From Octopus vulgaris (Eukaryota), in assembly GCA_951406725.2 (NCBI GenBank), contig OX597831.1, positions 11,098,001-11,162,000 of the forward strand: a stretch of 64,000 nucleotides of DNA. The letters run 5' to 3'. Within the stretch, counting starts at the first letter, position 1; the number at the start of each line of letters is the position of its first letter. Below the pieces are notes generated by a model. That model saw nothing but the letters and a program-made list of their open reading frames with translations, was not told the origin of the DNA and searched no databases. Shown piece by piece: positions 13,243 through 26,700 of this stretch. The translations under genes and the position numbers were made by a program.

Positions 13243-13413
13243 GCACAAACAAATATATATATATCTGTGTCGGTCTGTCTGTCTGTCTGTCTATTTCACC
13301 CAATTCTCTCTGTATATAAATACATGGTTGTCCGTGAACGTGTGCGTGTTTATGTTTGTGTATGCGTATGTGTGTGACAGGCAAATAAAAAGGATTGAAT
13401 AGCCAAAAGATAT

Positions 13414-13478
13414 CGAAGAAGAAGAAGAAGAAGAAGAAGAAGAAGAAGAAGAAGAAGAAGAAGAAGAAGAAGAAGAAG
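13414..13478 (+). repeat. (GAA)n microsatellite
   Basis: Pure gaa run. Confidence 0.95.
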
Positions 13479-13644
13479 GTGATAGATGAGGTGGTGAAGG
13501 GGAGTAGGTGGAGCTGCAAGAATAGAAGGTCATGATGTTGCTGCTGGTGTTAGTGGAGGGAAACGATTAAAAAAATTACAATTACACACACATACATACA
13601 TACAAACATACACATACCCATATACAGATACACATACACATATA

Positions 13645-13920
13645 CATACACACTGATATATACTTACATACACATATTCAACACATAAATATACACAAGC
13701 GTATATATATATATATACACATACACACTGATATATACTTACATACACATATTCAATACATAAATATACACAAGTGTATATATATACATACACACAGATA
13801 TATACTTACATACACATATTCAATACATAAATATACACAGGTGTATATATATACATACACACAGATATATACTTACATACACATATTCAACACATAAATA
13901 TACACAAGCGTATATATATA
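13645..13920 (+). repeat. Minisatellite, about 4 copies of a ~65-75 bp unit
   Basis: Repeated gatatatacttacatacacatattcaa(c/t)acataaatatacaca. Confidence 0.85.
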
Positions 13921-14393
13921 CACACACACACACACACATATATATATGTATTACATACATGCATACAAATATACAAACTTACTTGCTTGCATAAAGAAGG
14001 AATAGAAGAAAACATGGAGAATATAGAAGACAAAGATGGCTGCCGTGGAAGGCAGATTGCAGACGTCAGCCGATAGTAACAATTAGAAGAAAATGTTTTG
14101 CGATTATCAGAAGAGGGATCAGGGGATCAGTAATTGTACATGTCAGGGGTTTGATGAGTGAATTTGATTACTGCGTGTGTGTAATGGATAAAGGTTATAA
14201 AATTAGTGAACGGAGAGAAAGAGACAGAGAGACAGACAGACAGACAGGGAAAGGAAGACAAAAGCTCAAGAATGTCCGCCATTAGTGTGCTTTACAACTA
14301 TATGTATGTGTGTGCGTGTGTTTATGTATAGGAAGATGTATATATATATATATATATATACACTTGCATATATGTATATATACATACACACAT

Positions 14394-14442
<49 letters not shown>

Positions 14443-14717
14443 CATACATATATATGAGGTAATTCTCTATAACTATAGACCTTCCTGTACACACCTATAT
14501 TTCTATATACCTGTCTATCTAGCTTTCACTAAATTCCTTCTTATAATGTTTAATACTGTTGGTCTTGTTGTCTTATGGTTGCTTGTGATTCTATTAGTGG
14601 TGGTGGTCATGCCAATAGAGGGCTTTTGACGATGCTACTGCTTCCTCGTAGCGGCGGTGTGGTGGTCATTGCGGTGTCTGTATGGATACTGCTAGTGACC
14701 GAATACATATATGTATG

Positions 14718-14818
<101 letters not shown>

Positions 14819-14906
14819 TACATATTCATATACACATACATGCATACATAGGTATATATACATACATATAATATATATGTATAAATATACTCTATCTATC
14901 TATGTA

Positions 14907-14989
<83 letters not shown>

Positions 14990-15982
14990 CCATGCATACA
15001 TAATATATATGTGTATGTATACATATATCTTTTTATATGTATATGCGTGTGTGTGTGTTTGTGTGGGTACGTGTATGTATATCTTTTTTTTACGTTAAAC
15101 ACACAAAAGAACAGAAACGAACAAGAAGTCTTTAAATATCTACCAATGATTGAATATTTTCTTCGAGGGGCAAGAGGGGAGGGCATGGATGGAATGGTGG
15201 GTGATGGCGAGGACGGATGTGCGAGATATATTCTTGTTCCTGGCGGTATCGGAGTTGGTAATGGTGGCGGCGTCGGTGGTGGTGGTCGGTGGTGGTTGTG
15301 GTGGTGGTGGCGGTGGTGGTGGTGATGGTATTGATGTTGGTGGTGTTGGTGATGGTGGCAGTGGTGGTGTTGGTGGTGGTGGTAAATAAAGTGTACAGGC
15401 AAAAAATTTAAAAGAAGCGGAGAGTATAGAGAATATTCGAGAGCAAGATAGGGGAGAGGGAGAAGGGATGGAGGGAGAGGGGAAGAGAGAGAAAAACAGT
15501 AAGGATTGATGGAAAGGGATAGAAAAAACACCGGTGGGAGGAGAAGGGAAGAGGTATGTAAAAGAATCCCATAAGTAAAGGGGTTTTTCGTCTCTTAGGG
15601 AGTCAATAAAACATGGAAGATGTGGTAGATTGTTAAGGGAGATATAAAGGGAAACAGGAACGTTAAGAAAAAAAAAAAAACATATATAAAAATAAATATA
15701 TAAGGAAAAGATAAAAAAAAGTAAAAATTAGAGATTAAGAATGGTGAGAATAGAAAAAGTTGAAGAACGGAAAAGAAGGACATGAGAGGGAATGTTGGGT
15801 GGTGGGGGTGGGCGCGAGGTGTAAGAGGATGGAGGGTCAGATTTGGAATGGGAAGAGGCAAGTAAACTGATATATTGATATGCAAGCATGTGTATTGAGA
15901 AATATGCATATGCACACATACACACACGTACATACACATATACATACACGCACACATACACATACCTACACACATACAGTCA

Positions 15983-16022
<40 letters not shown>

Positions 16023-16049
16023 CATGTATATACAGTAGTTTATATTCAC

Positions 16050-16210
16050 AGGCGTGGCTGTGTGGTAAGAAGCTTGCTTCCCAATCACATGGTCCCGGGT
16101 TCAGTCCCACTGCGTGGCAGCTTGGGCAAGTGTCTTCTACTATAGCCTCGTGCTGACCAAAATCTTGTGAGTGGATTTGGAACACGGAAACTGAAAGAAG
16201 CCCGTCGTAT
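16050..16210 (+). mobile_element. SINE A head
   Basis: gtggctgtgtggtaagaagcttgc...cggaaactgaaagaagcccgtcgta. Confidence 0.85.
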
Positions 16211-16323
16211 ATAGGTATATATATATAATAGTGGTTTTATCTCTAATTTAATATAATATAATATAATATATTTATACTATAAAATTGGATTTAATTTTTC
16301 CCTGTAAGTTTGGATTTATTCCC

Positions 16324-16409
<86 letters not shown>

Positions 16410-16413
16410 TGTG

Positions 16414-16451
<38 letters not shown>

Positions 16452-16599
16452 AAACGCTGCTATTCTGTTAAACTGTCTTATGTCAAAATTTGGTCAAATG
16501 CATTTTTTTTCAATGGCCGATTCTTTTGGTCAAACTATCATATCTAGAGCTGCTTCACATGAGAATTATCAAAGTGCAGTACAATAGTTTACCATTTTC

Positions 16600-16790
16600 C
16601 AAAAGCGTAGTAAGTCCCACATCCGATAGTTTTGCAAAAATATTTGACTGAAAATATACACGCATAGAGTTACGATTTTATGCCCCCAACCAAGTACCTT
16701 AAAAAGAAATGGAATAGTGAAACTATATTTTCTTTTTCTGAAAAAAGCAACGTTTTGGACTTACGACACTTTTGCATAATAGCAACGATA
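16600..16790. mobile_element. Possible DNA-transposon remnant with inverted subterminal motifs
   Basis: caaaagcgtagtaagtcc (~16600) and ggacttacgacacttttg (~16757) match as reverse complements at 16 of 18 positions. Confidence 0.3.
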
Positions 16791-17174
16791 TATATATATA
16801 TAATATGAAAACCGTAGGGAAGGTAATTTTTGTAAGCGAAGCTCTGACATAAATCTTGTTGTCTAAATTGTACCAGTATCACCTCACAATGCTTACCCCT
16901 GGAACCTTGTATGGCAACACGGAGAGTGGCAAAAATGCTGTACAAGCTTCTGTCGCTCAAATCCAGTGAGGTACGGATGTCTTACAATAATTTAATTTCT
17001 TGATTTGTTTTGCATTTTGCAAAGTTCTACGGTGATGGATATCTGCACACATGCTTTGAATATCCGTTTCCATAGAATTAAAAACTTGTGAAAGAACGTG
17101 GGACGCTTCTTTCTGTGGAATCGGATTTTGAAGAACATGTAAAAGCAGACGCAATATTAACATACAATAATTTA

Positions 17175-17745
17175 CATCGTGATGTTTGGAGTGATCCTTA
17201 GTGATGGCAACGTTATGCCACCATACATCTTCCCACACAGCCTCAGACTCAACACATTAAGTGCATGGAGGAGGTAGTGCTGCCCTGGGTCAAGAGGATA
17301 GCGGCTGGAAGACCCTATGTCTGGCAACAGGACACTACACCATGCCACGCAAGCAGGAGAAACCAGTCATGGTTGTCAGACAATTTCTACGACCACATCA
17401 CCCCTAATATCTGGCCACCTAACTCCCCAGACTGTAACCCCTTGACTTTTATCCGTGGGTGCTGTTGGGCGAGAGAGCATTTAAACTCCTTTTAATACCG
17501 AAGATGAACTGAAGGCCAGAATTTGGCAGCATAAACGAGGAGACCATCCAGAAGAGTTGCAGGAGATTCCAAGTCGTCTGGAAGCAGTGGTTGCAGACAA
17601 TGGCGATTTTATTGAACATGTTTACTCTTCTTTAGTATTTCAAGATATTTTTATGCAATTTTGGTAAATATTTCTATTAAAATTAGATGTCAGTGTTATT
17701 TTCATTTTTGCGTAATTTAGACGACAGTTTATTCGCCGCACCCTG
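17175..17745 (+). pseudogene. IS630-Tc1-mariner DD37D (maT-like) transposase fragment with 3' end
   Basis: ORF ...PYVWQQDTTPCH...WPPNSPDCNPL[D after frameshift]; 37 residues separate the second and third catalytic Asp; the element ends ttcgccgcaccctg. Confidence 0.85.
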
Positions 17746-18116
17746 TCTAGCGTGTGTGTGTGTGTGTGCGTCTTTGTGTGTACATAATTATATACATGCA
17801 CACTTACGTGTACGTATTGCACACACACTATATAGGTACGTACTACAGCCGCCTCCCCTGCAATTTCACCCTGCTCTCTCTCTCCCTCCCTCTCTCTCTA
17901 TCTCTCTCTCTCTCTCACACACATACTACCACCACACAAATATACACACACACATCATTCTGAAATCGAGTTTGAAATTATTACCTTGTATAGAGACAGA
18001 AAAGCAGTCGTGCGGTAAATAAAATCGAAATTCATTACAATCGTCGAATCATCGCCTCATCACTCCTCCTCCTCCCCCACTCCACCTACTCCTATTTCGA
18101 CTCCTCCTCTTCGTCG

Positions 18117-18270
18117 TCTTTCTTCTTCTTCTTCTCCTTCTTCTTCTTCTTCTTTTTCTTCTTCTTCTTCTCCTTCTTCTTCTTCTTCTTCTTCTTCTTC
18201 TTCTTCTTCTTCTTCTTCTTCTTCTTCTTCTTTTTCTTCTTCTTCTTCTTCTTCTTCTTCTTCTTCTTCT
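18117..18270 (+). repeat. (CTT)n microsatellite
   Basis: Near-pure ctt run. Confidence 0.95.
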
Positions 18271-18550
18271 CCTCTATCAATTAAATAACGAATTGGTGGA
18301 TCGCTCATCACGTTAATTGAATGCAAGTGTATTAAACACATCCCCCCCCACACATATATGTATATACACATACATATACATACACATATATGTCTATATA
18401 TATGTATATATATATGCATACATGTATATATATATATATATATATACATACATATACGTAGGCACACAAACGTACATCTTTCACGAATTTTTTCATCGTC
18501 TTCGTCGTCGTCGTCGTCATTGGTTTTCCACTTTTGTTTCCGTGGTCGAC

Positions 18551-18761
18551 GTCATCATCATCATCATCGTCATCATCATCATCATCATCATCGTCATCAT
18601 CGTCATCGTCGTCATCGTCATCATCGTCATCGTCGTCATCATCGTCATCATCGTCGTCATCATCGTCGTCATCATCATCGTCATCGTCATCATCATCATC
18701 ATCATCATCATCACCATCATCATCGTCGTCATCGTCGTCGTCATCGTCGTCATCATCGTCG

Positions 18762-18808
<47 letters not shown>

Positions 18809-18983
18809 GTCATCATCATCGTCATCATCATCGTCATCATCATCGTCATCATCATCGTCATCATCATCGTCATCATCATCGTCATCGTCATCGTCATCGT
18901 CATAGTCATCATCATCGTCATCGTCATCGTCATTGTCATCGTCATCGTCATCTTCATCGTCATCGTCATCGTCAACGTCGTCG
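18551..18983 (+). repeat. Compound (TCA/TCG)n trinucleotide tract, ~430 bp
   Basis: Mixed cat/cgt triplets; source of the poly-D/H/S/I pseudo-ORFs. Confidence 0.95.
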
Positions 18984-19230
18984 TTTTTTACCGTTTGAAT
19001 GTTTTTGCATGTGTGGTGTGTGGTGTGGTGTTGACGAGGAAGCCATGACACAGAGGAGAAGTCTTCGGGATATATTCGCGAACCTCGTAGATTAGTGCGG
19101 ATTGGTGGTGGTGGTGGGTGTGGTGGGGGTAGAGGTGGTTGTGTGTATGTGTGTGTGTGTGTTTACGTGTGCATGAGAGAGAGGGAGAGAGAGAATGCGT
19201 CTGAGAATTTCTTGTATACACCAATAAAAC

Positions 19231-19329
19231 GACAGACCGGTTTCAATTCTGGGTTGTAATACACTTCATTCTCACTTTGGTGGAAAACCGTTTCGCTAAG
19301 GCATAAACGTCACGAATTCATCATCTATC
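19231..19329 (-). ncRNA. Degenerate hammerhead relic (GAAACCGGTC type)
   Basis: Minus strand reads gatag-aTGATGA-attc...gaatt-GAAAC-cg-GTC-tgtc; C3 is lost and stem I is imperfect. Confidence 0.4.
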
Positions 19330-19691
19330 TTCTTCCTCTTTGTCTCTTTCGCTCTCTCTCCACCTCTCTCTCTCTCTCTGTTAGAGCAGTAAAAAGACAT
19401 CAAATGATATGTGAATGAGAAATTATGCCATGAACTTCATAAGCTTACACCTGTTTCCGCTATAAGCTGCAATGCAATCATAGGTGAGTGTTTGTGTATC
19501 ACTTTCTAGCTTCGTCGGAGCTTCGAAAATGAAGTGCAATATTATGTGGTAAAAGCATTTGTATTTAAAAAATATAGACAAAATCATTACCATGGGTAAG
19601 AGCTCAAACATTATTAAGAAAACTAGTCACGTGTTTGTGTGGGAGGACCTCCTCCCATATGTAATTCAAGAAAAAATTATATGTGTGTGTG

Positions 19692-20124
19692 TTAGTTAGT
19701 TAGTTAGTTAATTTGGCTCAAAAGCAAATAGCAAGGCCATGTAGGGGGACATGGAGTTAAGTACAGGGTGGTGTTCATGTAAAGAGTTCAGGCCACTTGA
19801 GGTCCAGGAGGCTTTGAACAAAGCGGTCGTCGGCATCTTCACCATCTCGTCTGGCAGCTTGTTCCACGGATCCGCAACCCGGACGGAGAAAGCTCCTCTC
19901 CTTCGATTGAGATGAAATCGTCGCAGGTAGAGCTTTTCGGAATGACCCCGCAGCCGACGCTCTGGAGCAGGAGTGAAGAACAGCTCTTTCGAGAGGTTAC
20001 ACTTCCCGCTTATGATGTTGTGGGCGAGAATGAGATCATCACGGCGGCGGCGTTTTTCAAGAGAATAAAGGTCGAGCGTCCTCAGCCTTTCTTCGTAGGA
20101 CAAATTTTTGAGACCATGAACCAT
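19692..20124 (-). mobile_element. 5'-truncated CR1/L2-group LINE 3' end with (TAAC)n tail
   Basis: ORF LSYEERLRTLDLYSLEKRR..DLI..RGHSEKL..FSVRVADPWNKLP, a typical CR1-type ORF2 C-terminus; ttagttagttag tail at 19692-19709. Confidence 0.9.
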
Positions 20125-20171
20125 GCGTGTATGTGTGTGTGTGTGCGTGTGTGTGTGTATGTATATATATA

Positions 20172-20300
20172 TTAGACAAAATGTGACAACAAAGCCAAGG
20201 CTGTGAGAAGCTTTTAAGGTAACAGATATTGATATAATCTTACAGCTGTTTCTGGGATATTATGGGTATCCTTTCGTCCGAGACGATGTGAGATGGTTAA
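20172..20300 (-). mobile_element. Penelope-like pLTR fragment with degenerate hammerhead
   Basis: Minus strand reads gtct-CGGACGA-aaggata..tatccca-GAAAC-agct-GTA-agat; same family as 47657-47750. Confidence 0.6.
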
Positions 20301-20451
20301 ACAGAGGTAAATATTTGAGTTAGAAATAAGGAATTGTTATGGAAAACAAGGAGATAGGGAATATAGAGGGTAAATAAGAGAATGAAAGTAGAAATAAAAT
20401 ATAAGAATGTGTGTGTGTATATGTATATATACATACATGAGTGTGTATCTA

Positions 20452-20491
<40 letters not shown>

Positions 20492-20568
20492 ATGACCATC
20501 CCGAAGTACAACAATATATATACATATACATACATATGTATATGTATATATATATACACACACACACA

Positions 20569-20897
20569 CTGGTACTTATTTCACCGATCCCCGAAAGGAT
20601 GAAAAGCAAAGTCGACCTCGGCGGAATTTGAACTCAGAACGTAACGGTAGACGAAATACCTATTTCTTTACTACCCACAAGGGGCTAAACACAGGGAGGA
20701 CAAACAAGGACAGACAAACGGATGATTAAGTCGATTACATCGACCCCAGTGCGTAACTGGTACTTATTTAATCGACCCCCGAAAAGATGAAAGGCAAAGT
20801 CGACCTCGGCGGAATTTGAACTCAGAACGTGACGGCAGACGAAATACGGCTACGCATTTCGCCAGGCGTGCTAACGGTTCTGCCAGCACGCCACCTT
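20569..20897 (-). mobile_element. SINE family B dimer
   Basis: Two gtcgacctcggcggaatttgaactcagaacg units. Confidence 0.88.
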
Positions 20898-21151
20898 ATG
20901 CCTGTATGAACGTATGTCTCTATTTGCAGCTGTGAATATTCTGTGTATCGTGTCGTTGTCTTATTTCCCGTTCGTTTAGTTTCACCTTATTCTGCTTTCG
21001 TCTAACTTTTCTTCTTGTATTCTTTCAGTTCAAACCTTGATACATTCATGTAGCCCAATGCACTTCGTTTGTTTACTTGATAACTATACGTGTACGTGTG
21101 TGTGTGTGTGTAACATAATATGCGTATATGACCATGTATTATAAATAAATA

Positions 21152-21541
21152 GTGGAGGCGCAATGGCCCAGTGGTTAGAGCAGCGGACTCGCGGTCATAG
21201 GATCGCGGTTTCGATTTCCAGACCGGGCGTTGTGAGTGTTTATTGAGCGAAAACACCTAAAGGCTCCACGAGGCTCCGGCAGGGGATGGTGGTGATCCCT
21301 GCTGTACTCTTTCACCACAACTTTCTCTCACTCTTACTTCCTGTTTCTGTTGTACCTGTATTTCAAAGGGCCGGCCTTGTCACTCTTTGTGTCACGCTGA
21401 ATATCCCCGAGAACTACGTTAAGGGTACACGTGTCTGTGGAGTGCTCAGCCACTTACACGTTAATTTCACGAGCAGGCTGTTCCGTTGATTCGGATCAAA
21501 CGGAACCCTCGTCGTCGTAACCGACGGAGTGCTTCCATTCC
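21152..21541 (+). mobile_element. Full-length tRNA-derived SINE (family C) with 14-bp target-site duplication
   Basis: A box tggcccagtgg, B-box-like gtttcgatttcc; attataaataaata at both 21138-21151 and 21542-21555. Confidence 0.9.
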
Positions 21542-22090
21542 ATTATAAATAAATATTGTGTATTATCTGTCTGTCTGTTTGTCTAACAGACTGTATGTGT
21601 GTATGTCTAACATTAGAAAATCAACAGCCATGTTTAATGACGACAGAGATATTTGGGTAAAAGCATCTATTCTAACCACAGCTATTGTCCTTTCTCTTTT
21701 TTTCTGATACGCTCACTTAACCTCAGATCAGCCGTCAACTGATAAAAGGCGTTCCCACCATAACCATCTCGTCGATCTTTTGTACCTTACTTATCTAGGA
21801 CTTTATCAACCAGAGCATCGCATCCATTTTAAGACTCTGTTTGATTTAATATAATTAGATTTCGCTGCTGTTTCTAGCAGCTTAAACGACAATAGAAGGG
21901 CTTGTCATGTTGAATTGTAATAATAATTCAGTTAGGTCACGCAGATGAGATTCCTTGCTTGTGGAATCATTGATTGTTGGTCTTTGATCTCAGCTTTATA
22001 ACGGATAAACTGATTAAAAAACGGAATCTGCTTTCATTGTTATGTAAAATATCACAGCCTTAGGGATAACAGTCATCGTATATTTTGATG

Positions 22091-22152
<62 letters not shown>

Positions 22153-22228
22153 ATATATATATATCTGCATGTGTGAGTGTGTGTGTACATAGGTGTAAAA
22201 GTGCATGAGTACACACAGATACACACAC

Positions 22229-22330
<102 letters not shown>

Positions 22331-22374
22331 GAGTGTAAGTAAATACGCATATATATGTTCATATCTATATTTAC

Positions 22375-22416
<42 letters not shown>

Positions 22417-22593
22417 TTGTCTATCTGTCTATCGAAATCTGTGTGTTTGCTTTGTGCATGCATATAGGTACGTATGTATACATACATATATATAAATATA
22501 AATATTTAATATATACCTATATATATATGGATGGATATTTATATATATATATAAATATATATATTCATACACACATACATATATATATGTAGG

Positions 22594-22625
<32 letters not shown>

Positions 22626-22761
22626 CAATATATATACACACACACCCACACACAAAATATATATGATACACATGCATATATAAATATATATATAAATATA
22701 TATATATACATATACATACATATATACATATAGATACATGCATACATACATATATATATAT

Positions 22762-22820
<59 letters not shown>

Positions 22821-23333
22821 GGAAGACTACGATGTATACCAGGCGATTTATTTCATTGAAAACCTTGTGACTGAAATATTTTTCAAAATTTAATTAAACA
22901 TGGTGGCTCGTGTCTTCTATGTTTCTTACAATTCAATTAGTTAATTCATTAAAATAGTTCTCGTTTTATAATCATGGATGTATTTATTTTTGATTAAGTG
23001 TGCAAATAATCCACAGCTTAAAGACGAAAGCAGAATCAAGAATAATTATTCTAGTTTATTGTCTTGTTCTTGTGTACTTTTATTGTTTCGAAGGTTTAAG
23101 CTAATGGACCTCGGTCGAGATGAGACTGCCGTACTTCAGAGGTATTTTCACCGATGATAACGTGTCCATTAATTTCGTTTGGTAGCTACTTTATAGTTCC
23201 TTTTTTGCTGAATCACTACTGTCATGGTGTAACGAAAAAATACTAGCTTTGTATTATTCGTTCGACGTACCAATTTTTATCTGTCATTCCTCGCCGATTT
23301 GTATACATGCATTCGATTACATATGCAGAGTAA

Positions 23334-23372
23334 CGTCGACGTTTCGGTTAGTTAAGACATCGTCAGACTGGT
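23334..23372 (-). ncRNA. Degenerate hammerhead relic
   Basis: Minus strand reads agt-CTGACGA-tgtcttaactaacc-GAAAC-GTC-gac; core intact, stems poor. Confidence 0.35.
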
Positions 23373-23429
23373 TTAGCTGCCTGAAAGTTCGAAATCAAGG
23401 TTTTATACAACAATCTTAAGATGTCGATG

Positions 23430-23707
23430 TGTGTGGCCAATAGTCAAGGGAGAGTTTGGAGGTGAACCTATTGGCTGCATTTTGAGGCGTTCAAGTTCAG
23501 ATTCCATTCTTCCGCCCAATTCCAAGCTCGGTTCAGCGACAATTGGAGTATGTCGTATTGATACCTAGGTGAAACAAGTTTGATGTCGCCTGCAAATAGG
23601 AGATCTCTTCCATCAAGAAAATCTGACAGGTCGTTGATATAGAGAAGGAAAAGTATTGGCCCAAAAACCAACATCTGGGGAACGCCGCTGCATGCATTCG
23701 TCTCCGC
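23430..23707 (-). pseudogene. CR1-type LINE reverse transcriptase fragment
   Basis: SGVPQMLVFGPILFLLYINDL...LLFAGDIKL (degenerate FADD)...WAEEWNLNLNASKC. Confidence 0.88.
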
Positions 23708-26700
23708 TTGTCGACCAAACTTCCCGGATGTTGGGAATTCCTCGGAACTTCCCATGAACTTTTCGACCAAACTTCCCGGCAGTCGGGAATTCCTCAGAAC
23801 ATCCAAGGAAGTTTTCTACCAAATTTCCCGGACGTTGGGAAATCCTCGGAACTTCCCATGATCTTTTCGACGAAACTTCCCGGCAGTCTGGAAATCCGAC
23901 TGGATAGTGGGAAATCCTAGGAACTTCCAATGAAGAGATCTGCACCCAAAAGTTCGATAGCTCAGGAAGGAAGAATTCCACAAAGTCAACAATGTATGAA
24001 ACTTGAATGCTCGAAGTTTGCACAAGAGAAGTCATTGACTGTTAAAACCTTGATATTAAGTTCCGAGGATTTCTCAACATCCGGGAAGTTTGGTTCAAAA
24101 ATTCCTGGGAAGTTTCGAGGATTTCCCAACATCCGAGAAGTTTGGTCGAAAAATTCCTAGGATGCTGTGAGGAATTCCCGACTGCCGGGAAGTTTCGTCG
24201 AAAAGTTCATTGGAAGTTCCTAGGATTTCCCACTATCCAGTCGGATTTCCAGACTGCCGGGAAGTTTCGTCGAAAAGTTCATGGGAAGTTCCTAGGATTT
24301 CCAAACGTCCGGGAAATTTGGTAGAAAACATCCTTGGATGTTGTGAGGAATTCCCGACTGCCGGGAAGTTTGGTCGAAAAGTTCATGGGAAGTTCCGAGG
24401 TATTCCCAACATCCGGGAAGTTTGGTCGAAAACTTCCTAGGAAGTTTCGAGGATGTCCCAACATCCGGGAAGTTTGGTCGAAAATGTCCTTGGATGTTCT
24501 GCCGGGAAGTTTCGTTGAAAAGTTCATTGGAAGTTCAGAGGATACCCAACTTCCGGGAAGTTTGGTTGAAAAATCCCTGGGATGTTCTGAGGAATTCCTG
24601 ACTGCCGGGAAGTTTCGTCGAAAATTTCTTTGGAATTTCCTAGGAATTGCCAACTACTGGGAAGTTTGGTCGAAAACTTCATGGGAAGTTACAAGTATTT
24701 CCCAACAAGCGATAAGTTTGGTCGAAAATGTCATGGAAAGTTCTGAGGATCTCCCGACATCCGGGATTTTTGCTCGAAAAGATCATGGGAAGTTCCGAGG
24801 ATTTACCAATATCCAGGGAGTTTGGTCGAAAAGTTCATGGGAATTTCCTAGGAATTCCCAACTACTGGGACGTTTGGTAGAAAACTTCATGCGAAGTTCC
24901 GAGGATCTCCCAACATCCGGGAAGTTTGGTCGAAAACATCCTAGGAAGTTTTGAGAATTTCCCAACATCCGGGAAAGTTTGGTCGAAATTTTCATTGGAT
25001 GTGCAGAGGATTTCCCAACTGCTGGGTAGTTTGGTCGAAAAGTTCATGGGAAGTTCCTAGGATTCCCCAACTACTGGGAAGTTTGGTCGAAAACTTCATG
25101 GGAAGTTCCGAGGATTTACCAACATCCGGGAAGTTTGGTCGAAAAGTTCCTAGGAAGTTTCGAGGATTTCCCAACATCCGGGAAAGTTTGGTCGAAAATT
25201 TCCTTGTATGTTCACAGGATTTCCCAACTGCTGGGAAGTTTGGTCGAAAAGTTCAAGGGAAGTTCCTAGGATTCCCCAACTAATGGGAAGTTTTGTCGAA
25301 AACTTAATGGGAAGTTCCGAGGATTTACCAACATCAGGGAAGTTTGGTCGAAAACTTCCTAGCAAGTTTCGTGGATTCCCCATCATCCGGGAAAGTTTGG
25401 TCGAAAATTTCTTTGGATGTTCAGAGAATCTCCCAACTGCTGGGTAGTTTGGTCGAAAAGTTCATGGGAAGTTCCGAGGATTTCCCAACTTCCGAGCACT
25501 TTGGTCGAAAAGTTCATGGGAAGTTCCGAGGATTTCAGAACTACTGGGATGTTTGGTTGAAATCTTGATGGGAAATTCCTAGGTTTTCCCAACTTCCGGG
25601 AAGTTTGACCAGAAAGTTCATGGAAGTTCCGAGGATTTCCCAATATCCAGGGTGTTTGGTCGAAAACTTCATGGGAAGTTCCGAGGATTCCCCAAAATCC
25701 GGGAAGTTTGGTCGAAAACTTCCTAGGAAATTACGAGGATGTCCCAACATCCGGAAGTTTGGTCGAAAATTTCCTTGGATGTTCTGAGGAATTCCCGACT
25801 GCCGTCGAAAAGTTCATTAGAAGTTCAGAGGATTTCCCAACTGCTCGGAAGTTTGGTCGACAAGTTCATGGGAAGTCCCGAGGATTCCCAACTTCCGGGA
25901 AGTTTGGTTGAAAAATCCCTGGGATGTTCTGGGGAATTCCTGACTGCCGGGGAGTTTCGTCGAAAATTTCTTTGGAATTTCCTGGGAATTGCCAACTACT
26001 GGGAAGTTTGGTCAAAAATTTCATTGGAAGTTCCAAGGATTTCCCAACAAGCGATAAGTTTGGTCGAAAACTTCATGGAAAGTTCCGAGGATTTTCCGAC
26101 ATTCTGGATCTTTGGTGGAAAGGATCATGAGAAGTTTACCAATATCCATGGAGTTTGGTCGAAAAGTTTATGGGAATTACCCAGGAATTCCCAACTACTG
26201 GGACGTTTGGTAGAAAACTTCATGCGAAGTTCCGAGGATTTTCCAACATACGAGAAGTTTGGTCGAAAATTTCCCAGGTAGTTTCGAGGATTTCCCAACA
26301 TTCCTTGGACGTTCTGAGGAATTCCTGACTGCCTGGAAGTTTCCTCGAAAAGTTGTTTGGAAATTCAGAGGATTTCCCAACTAATGGGAAGTTTGGTCGA
26401 AAAGTTCATGGGAAGTTCCGAGGATCTACAAATTTCCAGGGAGTTTGGTCGAAAAGTTCATTTAATTCCCAACTACTTGGACGTTTGTTCGAAAACTTCA
26501 TAGGAAGTTCCGAGGATTTCCAAACATCCGGGAAGTTTGGTCAAAAATTTCACTGGGAGTTTCGAGGACTTTCCAACATACGGTAAAGTTTCGTCGAAAA
26601 TTTCCCTGGATGTTCTGAGGAATTTCTGATTGCCTGGAAGTTTCGTCGAAAATTTCATGGGAAGTTCCGAGGATCTACCAATTTCAAGGGAGTTTGGTCG

